A stretch of DNA of 64,000 nt from Azolla caroliniana (GCA_043228905.1 JBHGNT010000004.1:5890001-5954000), one strand, 5' to 3'. Shown: positions 24,919-38,329, counted from the first letter of the stretch. A program made the numbers and translations. The notes: generated by a model from the sequence alone, not told the origin.

Positions 24919-25398
24919 GTCCCTCTCTTAGTTACAATGGCAATAACCAACTACAACTTTTTCCACAACAATAATGATCAACAACATCTACTAACACTAC
25001 TTTCCCTAACTATATTTATATTCACATACACTATATGAGCTATTTACAAATATAGCCCATTAAGGGTACATCAAGGCTATTTACAAATATAGCCTAATCA
25101 AATTTGGCCGATTCGGCTATCAACCAAATTAGTTATCTTTTGATTATCGGGCATTCGATCTTTCAGCCTCGACCGAGTTGCCTATTGACTCCATCTGGTT
25201 CAACTCATGCTCTTCCCATCCGGAGGGACTGGATTTCCCAACAAAACTCCCCCTTCACTCCGGCATGGGGTGCTTTGTCAATGTGACCGTTTGTCGGTAG
25301 CCTTCAACTTTTCTATCGACAACACCTTTTTCAGCATATCCGATCCATTGTCATTTGTATGGATCTTCATTAGAGCAAAGTCCTTGTCTTTTACCCTT
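24667..25398 (-). mobile_element. 3' remnant of a copia related to A and C (3' LTR ~24667-25243, PPT, end of RNase H)
   Basis: LTR starts TGTTGGGAAATCCAGTCCCTCCGGATGGGA, PPT GTGAAGGGGGAGTTT, pol end KIHTNDNGSDML. Confidence 0.85.
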
Positions 25399-25701
25399 TG
25401 TCACGGACGAGTAGACAATGCTAAATACCTAGAGAGAGAGAGAGAGCGAGCATAAGTAAGAGAACAAGAAATAGAGAGAGAAAATAGACAAGAGAACAAG
25501 AATTGATATTATGCTTCCGTAACTGGTGTTGTTCACCTTGACTAGGGCCAAGGTGAACCCATGTATTTATACATGTTTATGGGCTCTAAATGTAGTTCCA
25601 TGTAGAGACTCATTTTCATGCACAACTTTCTAGAATGTTCCAGCTTCTGGAGCTTTTTGGAAGCTTCTAAAATCTCCTACACGTAGAATAGATAATCTAT
25701 A
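25399..25701. mobile_element. fragment of an unrelated LTR, fused to the copia B 3' LTR
   Basis: Begins TGTCAC, has a (GA)n tract and TATTTATA, and has no counterpart in the copia B 5' LTR. Confidence 0.5.
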
Positions 25702-26207
25702 TGTATATTCACAAGTAAAGTAATAGATACAAAAATGTAGCATTACAAGGAATCACAACTGACTTAGTATGAAGTATGAGGAGGGTGCTTTATATATAGT
25801 CACCCTCTCTCTTCATTAACTAACTACAACAACCACTCTCTCTTGGGGAATGTGAAGACTCATAGTCATGGGGAATATGTAACTCATTAGTTATGTGTCA
25901 AAGAATATGATTCTATGACACATAGTTAATGTGTAGAGAGTAGTGGTGTGACTCTTGACCTTTGCGTAATCATAGATTCTCAAAAGGTGTGTTCGCACAT
26001 TGCACTATGTTGAGTTTGATTTTCAACACGCCCCCTCAAGCTCAACTCAGGTCGGTTCCTTCTGATTGATGTCCGCTTCGGCTGGTATCCGGTTTAGACG
26101 ATCTCTGGTGTCTTCTTCAGCTTGTACCCAGTTCGAACGGTATCCGGTTCTCGCTTGTACTCCCCCTCAAGCTTGGCAAGTCAAGGATCGTCAATCCAAG
26201 GTCGGAC

Positions 26208-26545
26208 ATGAATTGTCAAAGCTTGTTGGCTCCTAGGGCCTTGGTGAAGATGTCGGTTGTTTGAAGATTCGTGTTGATGTGTAGAAGATCGACATCTCTG
26301 GATTGAACACACTCTCGAATGAAGTGGTAGTGCACTTTGATATGCTTTGTGCATGCGGGAACACCGGGTTCCGAGTATGAATTGTCAAAGCTTGTTGGCT
26401 CCTAGGGCCTTGGTGAAGATGTCGGTTGTTTGAAGATTCGTGTTGATGTGTAGAAGATCGACATCTCTGGATTGAACACACTCTCGAATGAAGTGGTAGT
26501 GCACTTTGATATGCTTTGTGCATGCGGGAACATCGGGTTCCGAGC
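26208..26545. repeat. 169-bp tandem duplication within the copia B RNase H region
   Basis: Near-identical copies start at 26208 and 26377. Confidence 0.9.
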
Positions 26546-28738
26546 CAGATATATACTGCACATATTGTCGTAGTAAATGGGAGTCGGATCCTTGATGGGA
26601 ATGCCCAAATCCTTCAAAATCCTCTTGAGCCATACGACTTCACATGCAGCTATGGCTGCGCCCCTGTATTCGGCCTCCGTACTCGAAAGAGCTACTGTTG
26701 GTTGCTTCTTGATACTCCAAGATATTGCTCCGCTACCGAGCAAGAACACAAATCCGGAGGTTGATCGTCGATCACCTCTGTAGCCGGCCCAGTCGACACC
26801 CGTGTACCCTTCAAGTCGAATTGGTGTGGCCGATGCGTAGAGGATGTCGTAATCCATTGTGCCGCTCACGTATCATAATACTCTCTTAGCACAATTGAAA
26901 TGGATATCTCGCAGAGTTTGCATAAATTGGCTAAGGAGGCCAACTGGATAGTTGAGGTTGGGTTGCGTGATCCTGAGATAGATGAGGCTCCCGATCAATT
27001 GTCCATATTGAGTCGGGTTGCACTCATTTGTGCCGGAGTCGGCATCTAGTTTGAGGTTTCGATCGAGAGGGGTTGACACAGATTCGCACTCTGTCATCCC
27101 GAACTTGTATAATAAGTTGAGAATGTAGTGTCGTGGAGAGATCATAATGCTGGTCGGAATCCGAATTACTTTGATGCCTAGGAAGTAATGAAGTTCCTTC
27201 ATGTCCGTCATCTCGAATTTGTTGGAGAGGAGGGATTTCACCTTGTGGTTGTTGACTAAACTTTCTTGTCCAATGATCAGATCATCCACATATAGGATGG
27301 TGACAATCGAGCTTCTAGAGTCAATTCGTACGTAGAGGGAGTTGTCGAATTTCAACATTCGAAAGCCAATTTGATGAAGATATTGCGTAATCTTTGAATG
27401 CTAAGCACGTGGTGCTTGCTTGAGGCCGTAGAGAGGCTTCTTGAGTTGGCATACGGCTTTCGGATGAATGTTGGATTCGAAACCGAGTGGTTGTACCATG
27501 TACACCTCTTCTAATTTGCCTTGAAGAACGACGTTCTTGACGTCCATTTGGTGGAGATGCCACCCTTTCGTCGTTGCGAGTGCGATCACAATCCGCACAA
27601 TCGTCATCTTTGCCATCGGGGCAAATGTCTCTTCGTAGTCGACTCCATGCGTCTATGCATATCCTTTTCCTATGAATTGAGCTTTGTCGCGGTTTACAGA
27701 GCCGTCACGTTATACTTCACCTTGTAGATCCATCTGTAGCCGATCGCCTTCTTGTGAGATGAGTGGGGGACAAGATCCCATGTCTTGTTTTTGGAGAGTG
27801 CTTGCATCTCCTCATTCATCGCTTCAACCCATTTGGGGTCCTTCACAGCTTCCGAAAACACTTCCGGCTCTCGTACTGTCGCTACCTTCATCATAAAGGC
27901 GTAATGGTATGCCATATAATCATTGTAGCCAAATCGGTTTACATGGTTCTTTTCACGGGTGGATCGGCAGAGCTTCTCGTTTGCGGATACTAAGGCTTTC
28001 TTCGCTCCATTTGTCCGGATGTCAAGGCCTTCGAACTCACTATTGAGGTGTTAGGAAACAGGTCCCTCCGGATGGGAAGTGAGAAGAACAGTACTGATGA
28101 GCAAACTCGGCCGAGGCCGGTAGGCCGAGGCTGAAACCAGATGTGGAGTACCTGGCTACAGAAGACCCGGTGAGAACCGGATGACGAGTACCTGGCAAGA
28201 ACTGGATGGTGAAGGCCCGGTGAGGAGTGCTCACCGGATGAAGGGACATATTCGTAAATATGTTTTCTGAGAGTCCATCGGGGCTATATTTGTAAATAGC
28301 CGAAAAGTCATATTAGTATAAATATGACTTAAGGCAAACTTAGAGTAAGTTGTTGTAGTTGAAGTTGTTGTTGTCATTCTTGTTGGCGCAAGATTAGAGT
28401 GCAACAGTGTACACAGAGAGAGAGAGAGAAAGAGACGAAGAGTTCGTATCTCTGTTGTAACCACCGCCTGTGGCGAAGACAGTGAACAAGAGGTCGTTGC
28501 CTCTGTGTTCATCTATTGTATATTGTTACATAGTGATAGTTAGCAGTTAGTGGACTGCCGTGGTTTTTCCCGTGTTTGGGTTTTCCACGTAAACATCCTG
28601 TGTACTCTTCTCTCCATTGTGTCGTGCATTCATTCCCATTTTTCTATGTTTGATTCTACGCTTGGTTGTGGCTGAGCGTTGTTCATCGGGAGCGCGTAGT
28701 TCCTGACAAAGTGGTATCAGAGCGAAACGACACAGAAA

Positions 28739-31700
28739 ATGGACGAATCGTTGGGAGGCATGTTCAAGCTCACCGGCTCCAACTATTCGGTGTGGAAGTC
28801 GAAGATGAGGGACATGCTCGTGGTTAAAGATCTTTGGTTGCTAGTTCAGTTCGGGGACAAGAGACCAGACAAAATCAACGCCACGATATGGGAGGTGATG
28901 CACATGAAGACAACGACATACATATGGTGCTTCATCGACATGAGTCTATACAACAACTTCAATGAAGAGAGCAAGCATGAGCTCTGGGAGAAGATCAGCA
29001 TTATGTTTCAAAACAAAAATGTTGTTAATCAAGTTTCAGTATTTCGGAAGCTAGTAAGACTCCGGTACCAAGATGGCTCTAGCATGGCGGAGCACATGAA
29101 TGCCTTCCAGGGGCTGATCCACCAGGCAACATCATTGGAAGTACCTCTCGACGATGAGGTACTATCACTATTCCTGCTCGGTTCCCTCCCAGATAGCTGG
29201 GAGACGTTGGTTGTCACTTTGGGCAATGCCGGGCCGGAAGGGAAACAGTTATCCCTAGCAAGAGTGAAGTCGAGCTTGCTAGATGAGGAGGCGCGTCGGA
29301 AAGATAAGGATACGAGCTCCGACTCCAAAGCGCTCCTTATCGAATCGGAACACAGAAGACAAAGGAACCGTAGTCCTCAAAATCGGGAGAAGTTGGGGAC
29401 ACGGTCAAAGTCAAGGGGGGGCCTACCTGCTTCTATTGCGGCAAGCCGGGACACTTCCAAAAACACTGTCGGCACTTCCGAAAGGACAAGGAAACCGATG
29501 GCACCGATTCGAAGCAGACACCGGACCGAAACGGTAAAGACCGGAGGGGGACGGACCGGAAGGGAACGACGACAATCGCGGCAAGTGAAGAAGAGTTGAT
29601 GCTCATCACCGAGGAGAGTGAGCTAAACCTTGTCGGCGACGAGATGACCTAGGTGGTCGACTCCGGAGCGTCGTTCCACCTTACCCTGGACCGGAAATAC
29701 TTCTCATCCTACTCAGCCGGTGATCACGGCTGTGTCCGGATGGGGAATGAAGGTACATGCCGAATTGTCGGCATAGGAGACGTGTGGTTGACAACGCCAA
29801 CCGGATGCAAGCTGTTGCTGAAGGATGTCCGACACATTCCGGAGGTTCGTCTGAACCTGATATCAACCGGTCGTTTAGATGATGAAGGCTACACGGGTAG
29901 CATCTGGAACGGTGTTATGAAGTTCAGCAAAGGGAGCTTGATTGTGGCTCGGGCCCGAAAGGTCAACACGTTGTACCTGATGAATGCCCGGTTATGCCCG
30001 GGAGAAGTGAACGTGGCATCCGACACTGCTGGTGAGCTGTGGCACAAGAGGTTGTGTCACATGAGAGAGAAGGGGATGAAGAGGCTTGCAGACAACAACC
30101 TCATTCCAGTGAAGAACATGCACTTGGAGAAGTGCACTAATTGTCTGGCCGGTAAACAAAACCGGACCTCCTTTCGATCGAGGCCATCGATGAGACATAA
30201 TGCACCACTGGAGTTGGTGCATACTGATGTATGTCAAGTAGACACGAAGTCACATGCCGGATCGCAATAGTTTGTGACGTTCATAGATGACCACAACCGG
30301 AAGCTGTGGGCCACACCGTTGAAGACGAAGGATCAGGTGTTATCCGTCTTCAAAGAGCTCCATGCGAGAGTGGAGAGAGAAACCGGCCGGAAGCTGAAGG
30401 TGGTTCGAGCAGATAACAGAGGTGAATACCGGGGGCAGTTCGAGGAGTATTGTCGCTCGAAGGGAATCCAGCTCGAATTTACCGTGCCGAAGACGCCGAA
30501 ACTAAACGGGCTGGCCGAGAGGATGAACTGAACCATAATGGAGAGGGTCCGGAGTATGCTAGCGCATGCAAAACTACCCAAGAAGTTTTGGGCTGAGGCA
30601 CTGTCGAAGGCGACATATGTGATAAACAGATCACCCTCAGTACCCTTGGACGGAGACACACCACAGAGAGTTTGGACCGGTAAGGAAGTGTCCTACTGGC
30701 ATCTGAAGGTATTCGGGTGTCTTGCATATGTCCATGTAGCTAAGGACCGAAGAAGAAGATAATGAACTCTGAGTCGACCGGTAAGGATCGATTCTACGAT
30801 GAGCAGACCCAACCGGCAAGAGACCAGTAAGCACTCGAGGAACCAGCCGGTTACGGTGAGGATACCGAACCGGTAGAAGAAGAAGTAGAGGAAGCTGAAA
30901 CCGGAACCGGCCAAGATCCCGAATCGGATTCGGATGAAGAGCAAATGGAGGACCCGGTTACCGAAGCCCAAAGACGGAGATATCCTCTAAGAGAGAGAAG
31001 GGCCCCTCGGAGATTTCCGGATGCAGAGCATGTGCTGCTAACCGATGAGGGGGAGCTAGAAAGCTTCGAAGAAGCGAAGGATGACACCCACAACCGCAAA
31101 TGGTTAAGTGCCGATGGATTCCCTGCACGAGAACCATACGTCCGAATTGGTGGAGTTGCCGAAAGGAAAGCGGGCACTCCGAAACAAGTGGGTGTACAAG
31201 TTGAAACCGAGAGATGTCGGCAACCCCCCGAGATACAAAGCCAGGATCGTGGTGAAGGGGTTCTAGCAGAAGAAGGGCGTGGACTTCGACGAGATATTTG
31301 CCCCGGTAGTAAAGATGACCTCCATCCGGACGGTGCTGAGTATAGCGGCAAGCATGGACCTCGAGGTAGAGCAGCTGGACGTGAAGACGGCATTCCTTCA
31401 CGGTGACCTCGAAGAGGAGATCTACATGTAGCAATCGGAAGGATTCATGGAGAAAGGGAAGGAGCACCTGGTTTGCTGGTTGAAGAAGAGCCTGTACGGA
31501 CTGAAGCAGGCTCCCCGACAATGGTACCGGAAGTTCGACTCCTTCATGACCGATCAAGGGTACCACAAGACGCATGCCGATCATTGCATGTTTGTGAAGA
31601 AGTTCGAAGGAGGCGACTTCCTGATACTCCTTCTGTACGTGGACGACATGTTGATCGTCGGACGGAACCAAGCCAGAATACGGATGCTGAAGAAGGCTCT

Positions 31701-32613
31701 CAACCGAACTTTCGCAATGAAAGACTTGGGTCCGGCAAGACAGATGTTGGGGATGCATATCATCCGGAACCGGCCAACGAAGCAATTGTGGCTGTCACAG
31801 GAGAAGTACGTGACAAAGGTGCTTCAGCGGTTCAACATGTTAGAAGCGAAACCGGTCGAATCGACACTCCCGGCAAACTGAAGATTATCCGGTAAGCAAA
31901 GCCCGAAGATGAAAGCAGAGAAGGCTGATATGATGAAGGTTCCATATGCCTTTGCCATCGGGAGCTTAATGTACGCAATGGTGTGTACCCGACCGGATAT
32001 AGGATACGCAGTCGGAGTGGTGAGCCGGTTTATGAGCAATCCCGGCAAGGAGCACTAGAACGCGGTTAAATGGATACTCCGGTACTAGAAGGGCACTTCA
32101 AATATGTGTCTCCGATTCGGCTCCGGAAAACCTCAACTTGACGGTTTCACCGATTCGGACATGTCGACTGATGTGGATACCAGCCGGTCTACATCCGGGT
32201 ATGTAATGACATATGCAGGGGGAGCTGTTTCGTGGCAGTCGAGGCTGCAGAAGACGGTTGCGTTGTCAACCACGGAGGCGGAGTACATGGCAGCTGTGGA
32301 AGCCAGCAAGGAAATATTATGGATGAAGGACTTCATCGGAGAGCTCGGTATCCGGCAAGATGAATATTGGCTCTATTGCAACAGTCAAAGTGCCATCCAC
32401 CTTGCTAAGAATGCGGCCTACCATTCCCGGACGAAGCATATCCAGCGAAGGTATCACTGGATCCGGGAAAGAGTAGATGACCAGGAGTTCGCGTTGACGA
32501 AGATCCACACGGCCGAGAACGGGTCAGATATGCTGACCAAAGTACTGATACCCAACAAGTTAGATGCATGTTGGAAGCGGATCGAACTAGTAAGACATCC
32601 CATGCCGGAGTGA
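28739..32613 (+). pseudogene. copia C gag-pol with many stops, frameshifts and an internal deletion near 30750
   Basis: Pol motifs are nearly identical to copia A. There are multiple TAG/TGA codons at W/Q/R positions. Confidence 0.92.
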
Positions 32614-32682
32614 AGGGGGAGTTTGTTAGGAAACAGGTCCCTCCGGATGGGAAGTGAGAAGAATAGTACGAATCCGGATGTG

Positions 32683-32810
32683 GAGTACCCGGCTACGGAA
32701 GACCCGGTGAGAACCGGATGACGAGTACCCGGCTATGGAAGACCCGGTGAGAACCGGATGATGAGTACCCGGCTACGGAAGACCCGATGAGAACTGGATG
32801 ACGAGTACCC
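32683..32810 (+). repeat. 40-bp tandem repeat (3 copies) in the copia C 3' LTR U3
   Basis: GAGTACCCGGCTACGGAAGACCCGGTGAGAACCGGATGAC at 32683, 32723 and 32763. The 5' LTR has only one copy. Confidence 0.9.
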
Positions 32811-33026
32811 GACAAGAGCTGGATGGTGAAGGCCCGGTGAGGAGTGCTCACCGGATGAAGGGACATATTCGTAAATATGTTTTCTGAGAGTCCATCGGGG
32901 CTATATTTGTAAATAGACGAAAAGTCATACTAGTATAAATATGACTTAGGGCAAACTTATAGTAAGTTGTTGTAGTTGAAGTTGTTGTTGTCATTCTTGT
33001 TGGCGCAAGATTAGAGCGCAACAGTG

Positions 33027-33076
<50 letters not shown>

Positions 33077-34782
33077 CGAAGAGTTTGTATCTCTGTTGAA
33101 ACCGCCGCTTGTGGCGAAGACAGTGAAGAAGAGGTCGTTGCCTTTGTGTTCATCTATTGTATATTGTTACATAGTGATAGTTAGCAGTTAGTGGACTGTC
33201 GTGGTTTTTCCCATGTTTGGGTTTTCCATGTAAACATCCTATGTACTCTTCTCTCCATTGTGTCGTGCATTCATTCCCGTTTTTCTGTGTTTAATTCTAA
33301 GCTTGGTTGTGGCCGAGCGTTGTTCATCGCGAGCATGCAGTTCTTAACACGAGGGAGTGAATCGATTCGTTGCCGTCGAAGTGATCGTCTTCATACTCCA
33401 ACATTTTTGCCTTCCCTTTGTCCAGCTTCGGACTCGGTTGAGATGTGCTTTGATCGCTTGGAGGCTCTTGTGGCCCACTAAGACTTGTCATAATCGGGCT
33501 TTCTTCGAACATGTGCATGAGCCAATCTCCGGTCTCTATCTCTATTTCGGCGTATTCCTGGTCGAGCGGAATCGGAGTCGAAGTTCTCTGGTGTGTACCA
33601 AGATGCGGACTCGTCGAAAACGACGTCTCGACTTACTCGAGATTTTTGAGTTGAGGTGTTATAGCACTTGTATCCCTTTTGCTCCAGTGAGTATCCTACG
33701 AGGATACATTTCTCCGACTTCGGGTCGAGCTTTTGTTGCTTCTCGTCAGGGATGTGCATGTATGCAATGAAGCCGAATATCCGAACATGTGATAGGTACG
33801 GCTTTTTTCCGAAAAACTTCTCGTGCGGAGTAAGTTCGTGCACACCCGATGTCATACACCGATTCATGAGCTATACGACCATGTTAGCCGCTTTTGCCCA
33901 GTACGACTTCGGCAGGTGCTTTTTGTTCATCATGGCACATGCTACTTCGAGGATGTGCCAATTCTTTCATTCGGCAAATCCGTTTTGTTGTGGCGTATGT
34001 CGACACGAAAACTCTTGCTGAATTCCTTCTTTCCGTAGAAAAGCCGAAAATTCGTCGGAGAAGTACTCCTTGCCTCCATCCGACTGAAGACATCGTACAT
34101 GTCGGCCCATGACTTTCTCGACTTCATTCTTAAATTTTTGGAAGTGTCTGAACACTTCGCTCTTTTGCCGCAGGGGGTAGATCCAGGTGTGCCTGGAGAA
34201 GTCGCTGATGAAGGCCACGTAGTATCTGCATCCGCCAAATATAGCCGTTTTAGCCGGACCCCATACATTGGAATGAATTACTTCGACTACGCCTTTTCTC
34301 ATGTCCACTCCTTTGGAAATGGGTGTCGATGTTCCTTGCCGAATTGGCAAGTGGCACACATGCCTTCAATCTCTTTCTCCTTGAATGTCAGGAGCCCCAT
34401 GACGACTCCTTTCGATTGCATTGCCTTGAGCTTTTGGAGGTTGATATGGCCAATCCGTTTGTGCCATAACTCTATGTCAGAATCGGCTTTCGTGCCCTTT
34501 GTGAACATGGTCGATTTCATCTCATGCGAGTCGAGAATGAACATTCGGCCCTCTCTTCGTCCGCGAGCGATGAGTCGGCCCTCTTTTTCGATGAAGGAAC
34601 CGTCTAGATTAAATCGTACTTGCATCCCTTGCTCAACAATTTGGCCGATGGAGCCAAATTCTTCGTAATTGTTGGTACATGCAAGGCATTCTCAATAAAA
34701 GTTTGGTTACCTTCTTTGCCAAATGGGACATTGCCGATTTGTCGAATCGGATGCGTAGTGTCGTCTCGGGTTTCGACATAGC

Positions 34783-35028
34783 TATAAAACAAATGCGCGG
34801 AATGTTGCTCGGCCACAACCGAGTCTTGAATCACTTCGATGAGAATCAAACACAGAAATGGGAAGACTGAGATGACATATGATGTTTACGTGGAAAACCC
34901 TAACTAGGGAAAAACCATGGGAGCCCACAGAATCCAAACTATCACTATATGAGAAAGGTACAATCAGAGACTCGGAGGCAACAACTTCGAGCTCTATATC
35001 ATCGCCAAGCGGTTGTTACAATAGAGTG

Positions 35029-35062
<34 letters not shown>

Positions 35063-35337
35063 CAATATCGTCTAAACAACAATTAACAACACTTTAAATG
35101 GTTTCTCTAAGTCATATTTATACTTATATGACTTTTAGGCTATTTACAAATATAGCGTCAATCGGCTTACTCTAACATATTTACAAATATGTCCTTGGAT
35201 CCGCTTCGCACCGGATCCATCCGGATTCACTGGTTCCGGTTTCCGGATCTTATCCAGAACCCTTCCGAATTCGGTTTCTTCATCCGGCTCGTCCGATTCT
35301 CATCTGGATCCCATCTGGAGGGACCGAATTCCCAACA
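34783..35337 (-). mobile_element. solo LTR (copia A/C-related family) inserted in copia B
   Basis: Starts TGTTGGGAATTCGGTCCCTCCAGATGGGA on the minus strand, is flanked by TSD ATAGC/ATAGT, and the host protease-region frame resumes across it. Confidence 0.85.
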
Positions 35338-36569
35338 ATAGTCGGGTCGTTCCGGCTCTCGAAGTTCTCAAAACCATTCTTGATGAGACGTCATATGGTT
35401 CGAGGCACTAGAGTTGACGACCCATACGTCTTTCGGACCAGAGGCACTAGTTGAAGTAGAAGCCGACATAGATTTTGCTCTATGTCTCATCACAAACATT
35501 CTGCCACGATCGTCATAGTTGGAGTTGGTGGCGTAATTGGTGAGTTGTCGGCTAGTGGAAGTCGACTCGGGCATCTTCTTACGGCACTCTTCTTCGTGGT
35601 GACCAATTTTTTCGCAATATCTGCATTTGACCGAGTTTTGTCGGCTCAGCCCGAAATGGAAGCTCCCCCTTCTTCCGAAACTTCCTCAATGTCTTCCGTC
35701 TTGATGCCAAAATTGCGAGTTGTTTTCGTAAGTCAGGCCTCATCCGCCTCGTCCTTGGCTGAATCAGCCTCTTCGTGCACGACCACGTCCTCTTCCTCCA
35801 TCCGAGTGTCAGTAAAGCATGTGGCCTTTCGAGGCGTTGCTCCTTGTTCAAACATGGTTTTCTTCGACCAACAACATGGATTGAAGATTGAAGGAGGGAG
35901 GATTCTCCCGTGCTAATACGGTGGTCCTTATCACGCCAAACCGTGGTGCCAGGCTGTCGAGGCATATTTGCACCATCTCATCCTCGTCCACATTGACGCT
36001 TATCAAGCCGAGCGAGTCGCAAAGTTGCTTGATCTTCAAGGTGTAGTTCGTGATGGACATATCCCTTTGTTGGATGTTGTTCAACTCTTGGCGGAGTTGA
36101 AGCTTCCTCACAATTGTGTTGGTGACGAAAATCTTTCGTAGATTCTCCCACGCTTCCTTTGGCGTCTCGGCTTCTCAAATGTAGTTGAACATGTGGTCGT
36201 GAACACATGTCACCAAACAATACATCATTAGGCTTGCCGCTTGCTCCCATGTTGCGTAGTCAGCATCTTTCGGGTCGGGTTGGTTTTCTTGTGCTCCTCT
36301 AATGTAACCCCAATAGCCTTGGCCGACAAGGTATTGGTGCATCTTGTACTCCCAAGATGCAAAGTTGTTTCGATCTATAGCTTCTCGCTAGGGAGAGCAC
36401 TCCCCATTTCAGATTTCATTGTCGATTAAGATTTCTTCCTTCTTTTCTTTTCCTTCTCTCTCGAATACGAGCTATGTAGTCGCACTACGATAACGATGGA
36501 TCGGTTCTTCTTGAACGTCGGCGTAGAACACAACACACGCAGATGGGCTAGATCGAGTTACCGATACCA

Positions 36570-37034
36570 TGTAAAGAATTGGGCATGATTCTTGTGTAGC
36601 AGAAGAGATGTGTGTTATGTGTATGAGTGAGAGGAAAGAGAGAAGAGAAGAGAAACACAAGATAGATTAGATAGAATGGGAACACAATGGAGTACTCAAG
36701 AAGAAGATGTATATTCACAAATAAAGTAATAGATACAAAAATGTAGCATTACAAGGAGTCACAACCGACTTAGTATGAAGTATGAGGAGGGTGTTTTATA
36801 TATAGTCACCCTCTCTCTTCATTGACTAACTACAACAACCACTCTCTCTTGGGGAATGTGAAGACTCGTAGTCATGGGGAATATGTAACTCATTAGCTAT
36901 GTGTCATAGAATATGATTTTATGGCACATAGTTAATGTGTAGAGAGTAGTGGTGTGACTCTTGACATTTGAGTAATCATAGATTCTCAAAAGGTGTGTTC
37001 ACACGTTGCATTATGTTGAGCTTGATTCTCAACA
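36570..37034 (-). repeat. 5' LTR of copia B
   Basis: TG...CA termini, adjacent to the PBS, and its outer 327 bp match 25702-26028. Confidence 0.88.
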
Positions 37035-37049
37035 CTACCTCAAGACTTT

Positions 37050-37860
37050 TTAACAACACTTCCCCAAAGTTGTCATAGTTAATGTATTTTGCAAAATGTA
37101 GTGTTTGTTGCCAAACAACCAACCATACATTTGTTACAACCCAAGTTTCTTTATCATAACCACAAAACGAAGAAAAGCCCACAAGAGTTTGCATGGATTT
37201 GAAGAGAATATGAACTTGTATTGATACAACACTATAATCAACCATGTCCCCCCAAAAAAATCAAAGATTCAAACCCATATATGGCATTCCACTTAGAGAT
37301 TGAAAAGTTACAAGTATTTTCTATAGGAGAGCTTATTGGGATTGTGCAAATAGAGGTCGCATCTAAACCTCACAAACTTGACAATTTCTTCATAGACCAA
37401 TTTAATGGTCAAGATGAATGAAGCAAGGTTCGTTGTTGATTATTCAATACTATTGTTATCTTATTTTGTATGGGCAATGAAAGGGCTCCTATTGAGCCAA
37501 CATCTTCTTCATTGGAAAGATATTGTACAAGAACATTATTGGTTTGGCATACATTGGCATCATTTTGTGATGAAAATTCCTCTGAACCTTGTAAGGAATC
37601 ATAACGATCTACATTTACATGGGCATGTAAGGGCTCCACTATTTTCTTTGTTAATGAATGTTTTTTATCCACTAGTCTCCACCCCTCATCCTTGGAGGAC
37701 CGAACATTTTCTCCATGTTCAGTTCTGACAACCATCTAAGATGGTTGCCCCTTTATGAACAATAGGTATATAATTCTGAGGCTTAAAGCCCTTCGTTTTT
37801 GGGCAATCTTTCAAGACATGGCCTTTTTGCTTGCAATAAAAACATTGTTTGGGCATACTA
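37050..37860 (-). mobile_element. highly decayed retroelement relic (zinc knuckle plus RT-like fragments)
   Basis: CFYCKQKGHVLKDC at ~37800-37848, with weak gypsy-RT-like fragments downstream. Confidence 0.45.
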
Positions 37861-38329
37861 ACATATTCCAACCTTTGCATGAACATAGAATTCCTTGAAA
37901 TTGCTGATATAAGTACCTAAGTAGGTAAATTTTCCATGGAGGGAACTAAGATGTGAATAGACAAGAATCCACATGAGAAGATAGAATCGTATTGATTCTT
38001 GTTGCAATTAACAGAAGTAAAACCATGTATTCCTTAGGCATCCTATTAAAAGAGACGAAATAGGGGTCAAGAAGTGCCCTGAATTCATATTGTATATGAG
38101 ATCAAAGCTTGGTTTCCACAACATAAAACAAGCATTGCCAATCACATTTCGTATGTTGATCATGTTTGTGTTCAACATCACCTCCATGGATTCAGTCGTA
38201 TCCAATTACAGGTGACAGAAAGCAAATCCCATAAATTGTACATTGATAATTTTACCCATGTGATGTTGAAAAGCTGCTTGTAGGAGGTTGTGGAAATCGT
38301 CTTTGTTCAACCTTGAACCTTAACCATAC

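Larger units (their letters stand above)
28049..33349 (+). mobile_element. Ty1/copia element 'C' with both LTRs, degenerate, nested in copia B
   Basis: LTRs 28049-28708 and 32624-33349, PBS TGGTATCAGAGC at 28712-28723, PPT at 32609-32623, TSD TGAGG/CGAGG. Confidence 0.96.
25702..37034 (-). mobile_element. degenerate Ty1/copia element 'B' hosting two nested insertions
   Basis: 5' LTR 36570-37034, degenerate PBS TGGTATCGG at 36561-36569, gag at 35340-36400, pre-integrase ELWHKRIGH, integrase at 33350-34780, RT/RH at 26170-28048, PPT at 26029-26046, and 3' LTR part 25702-26028 matching 36708-37034. Confidence 0.9.
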
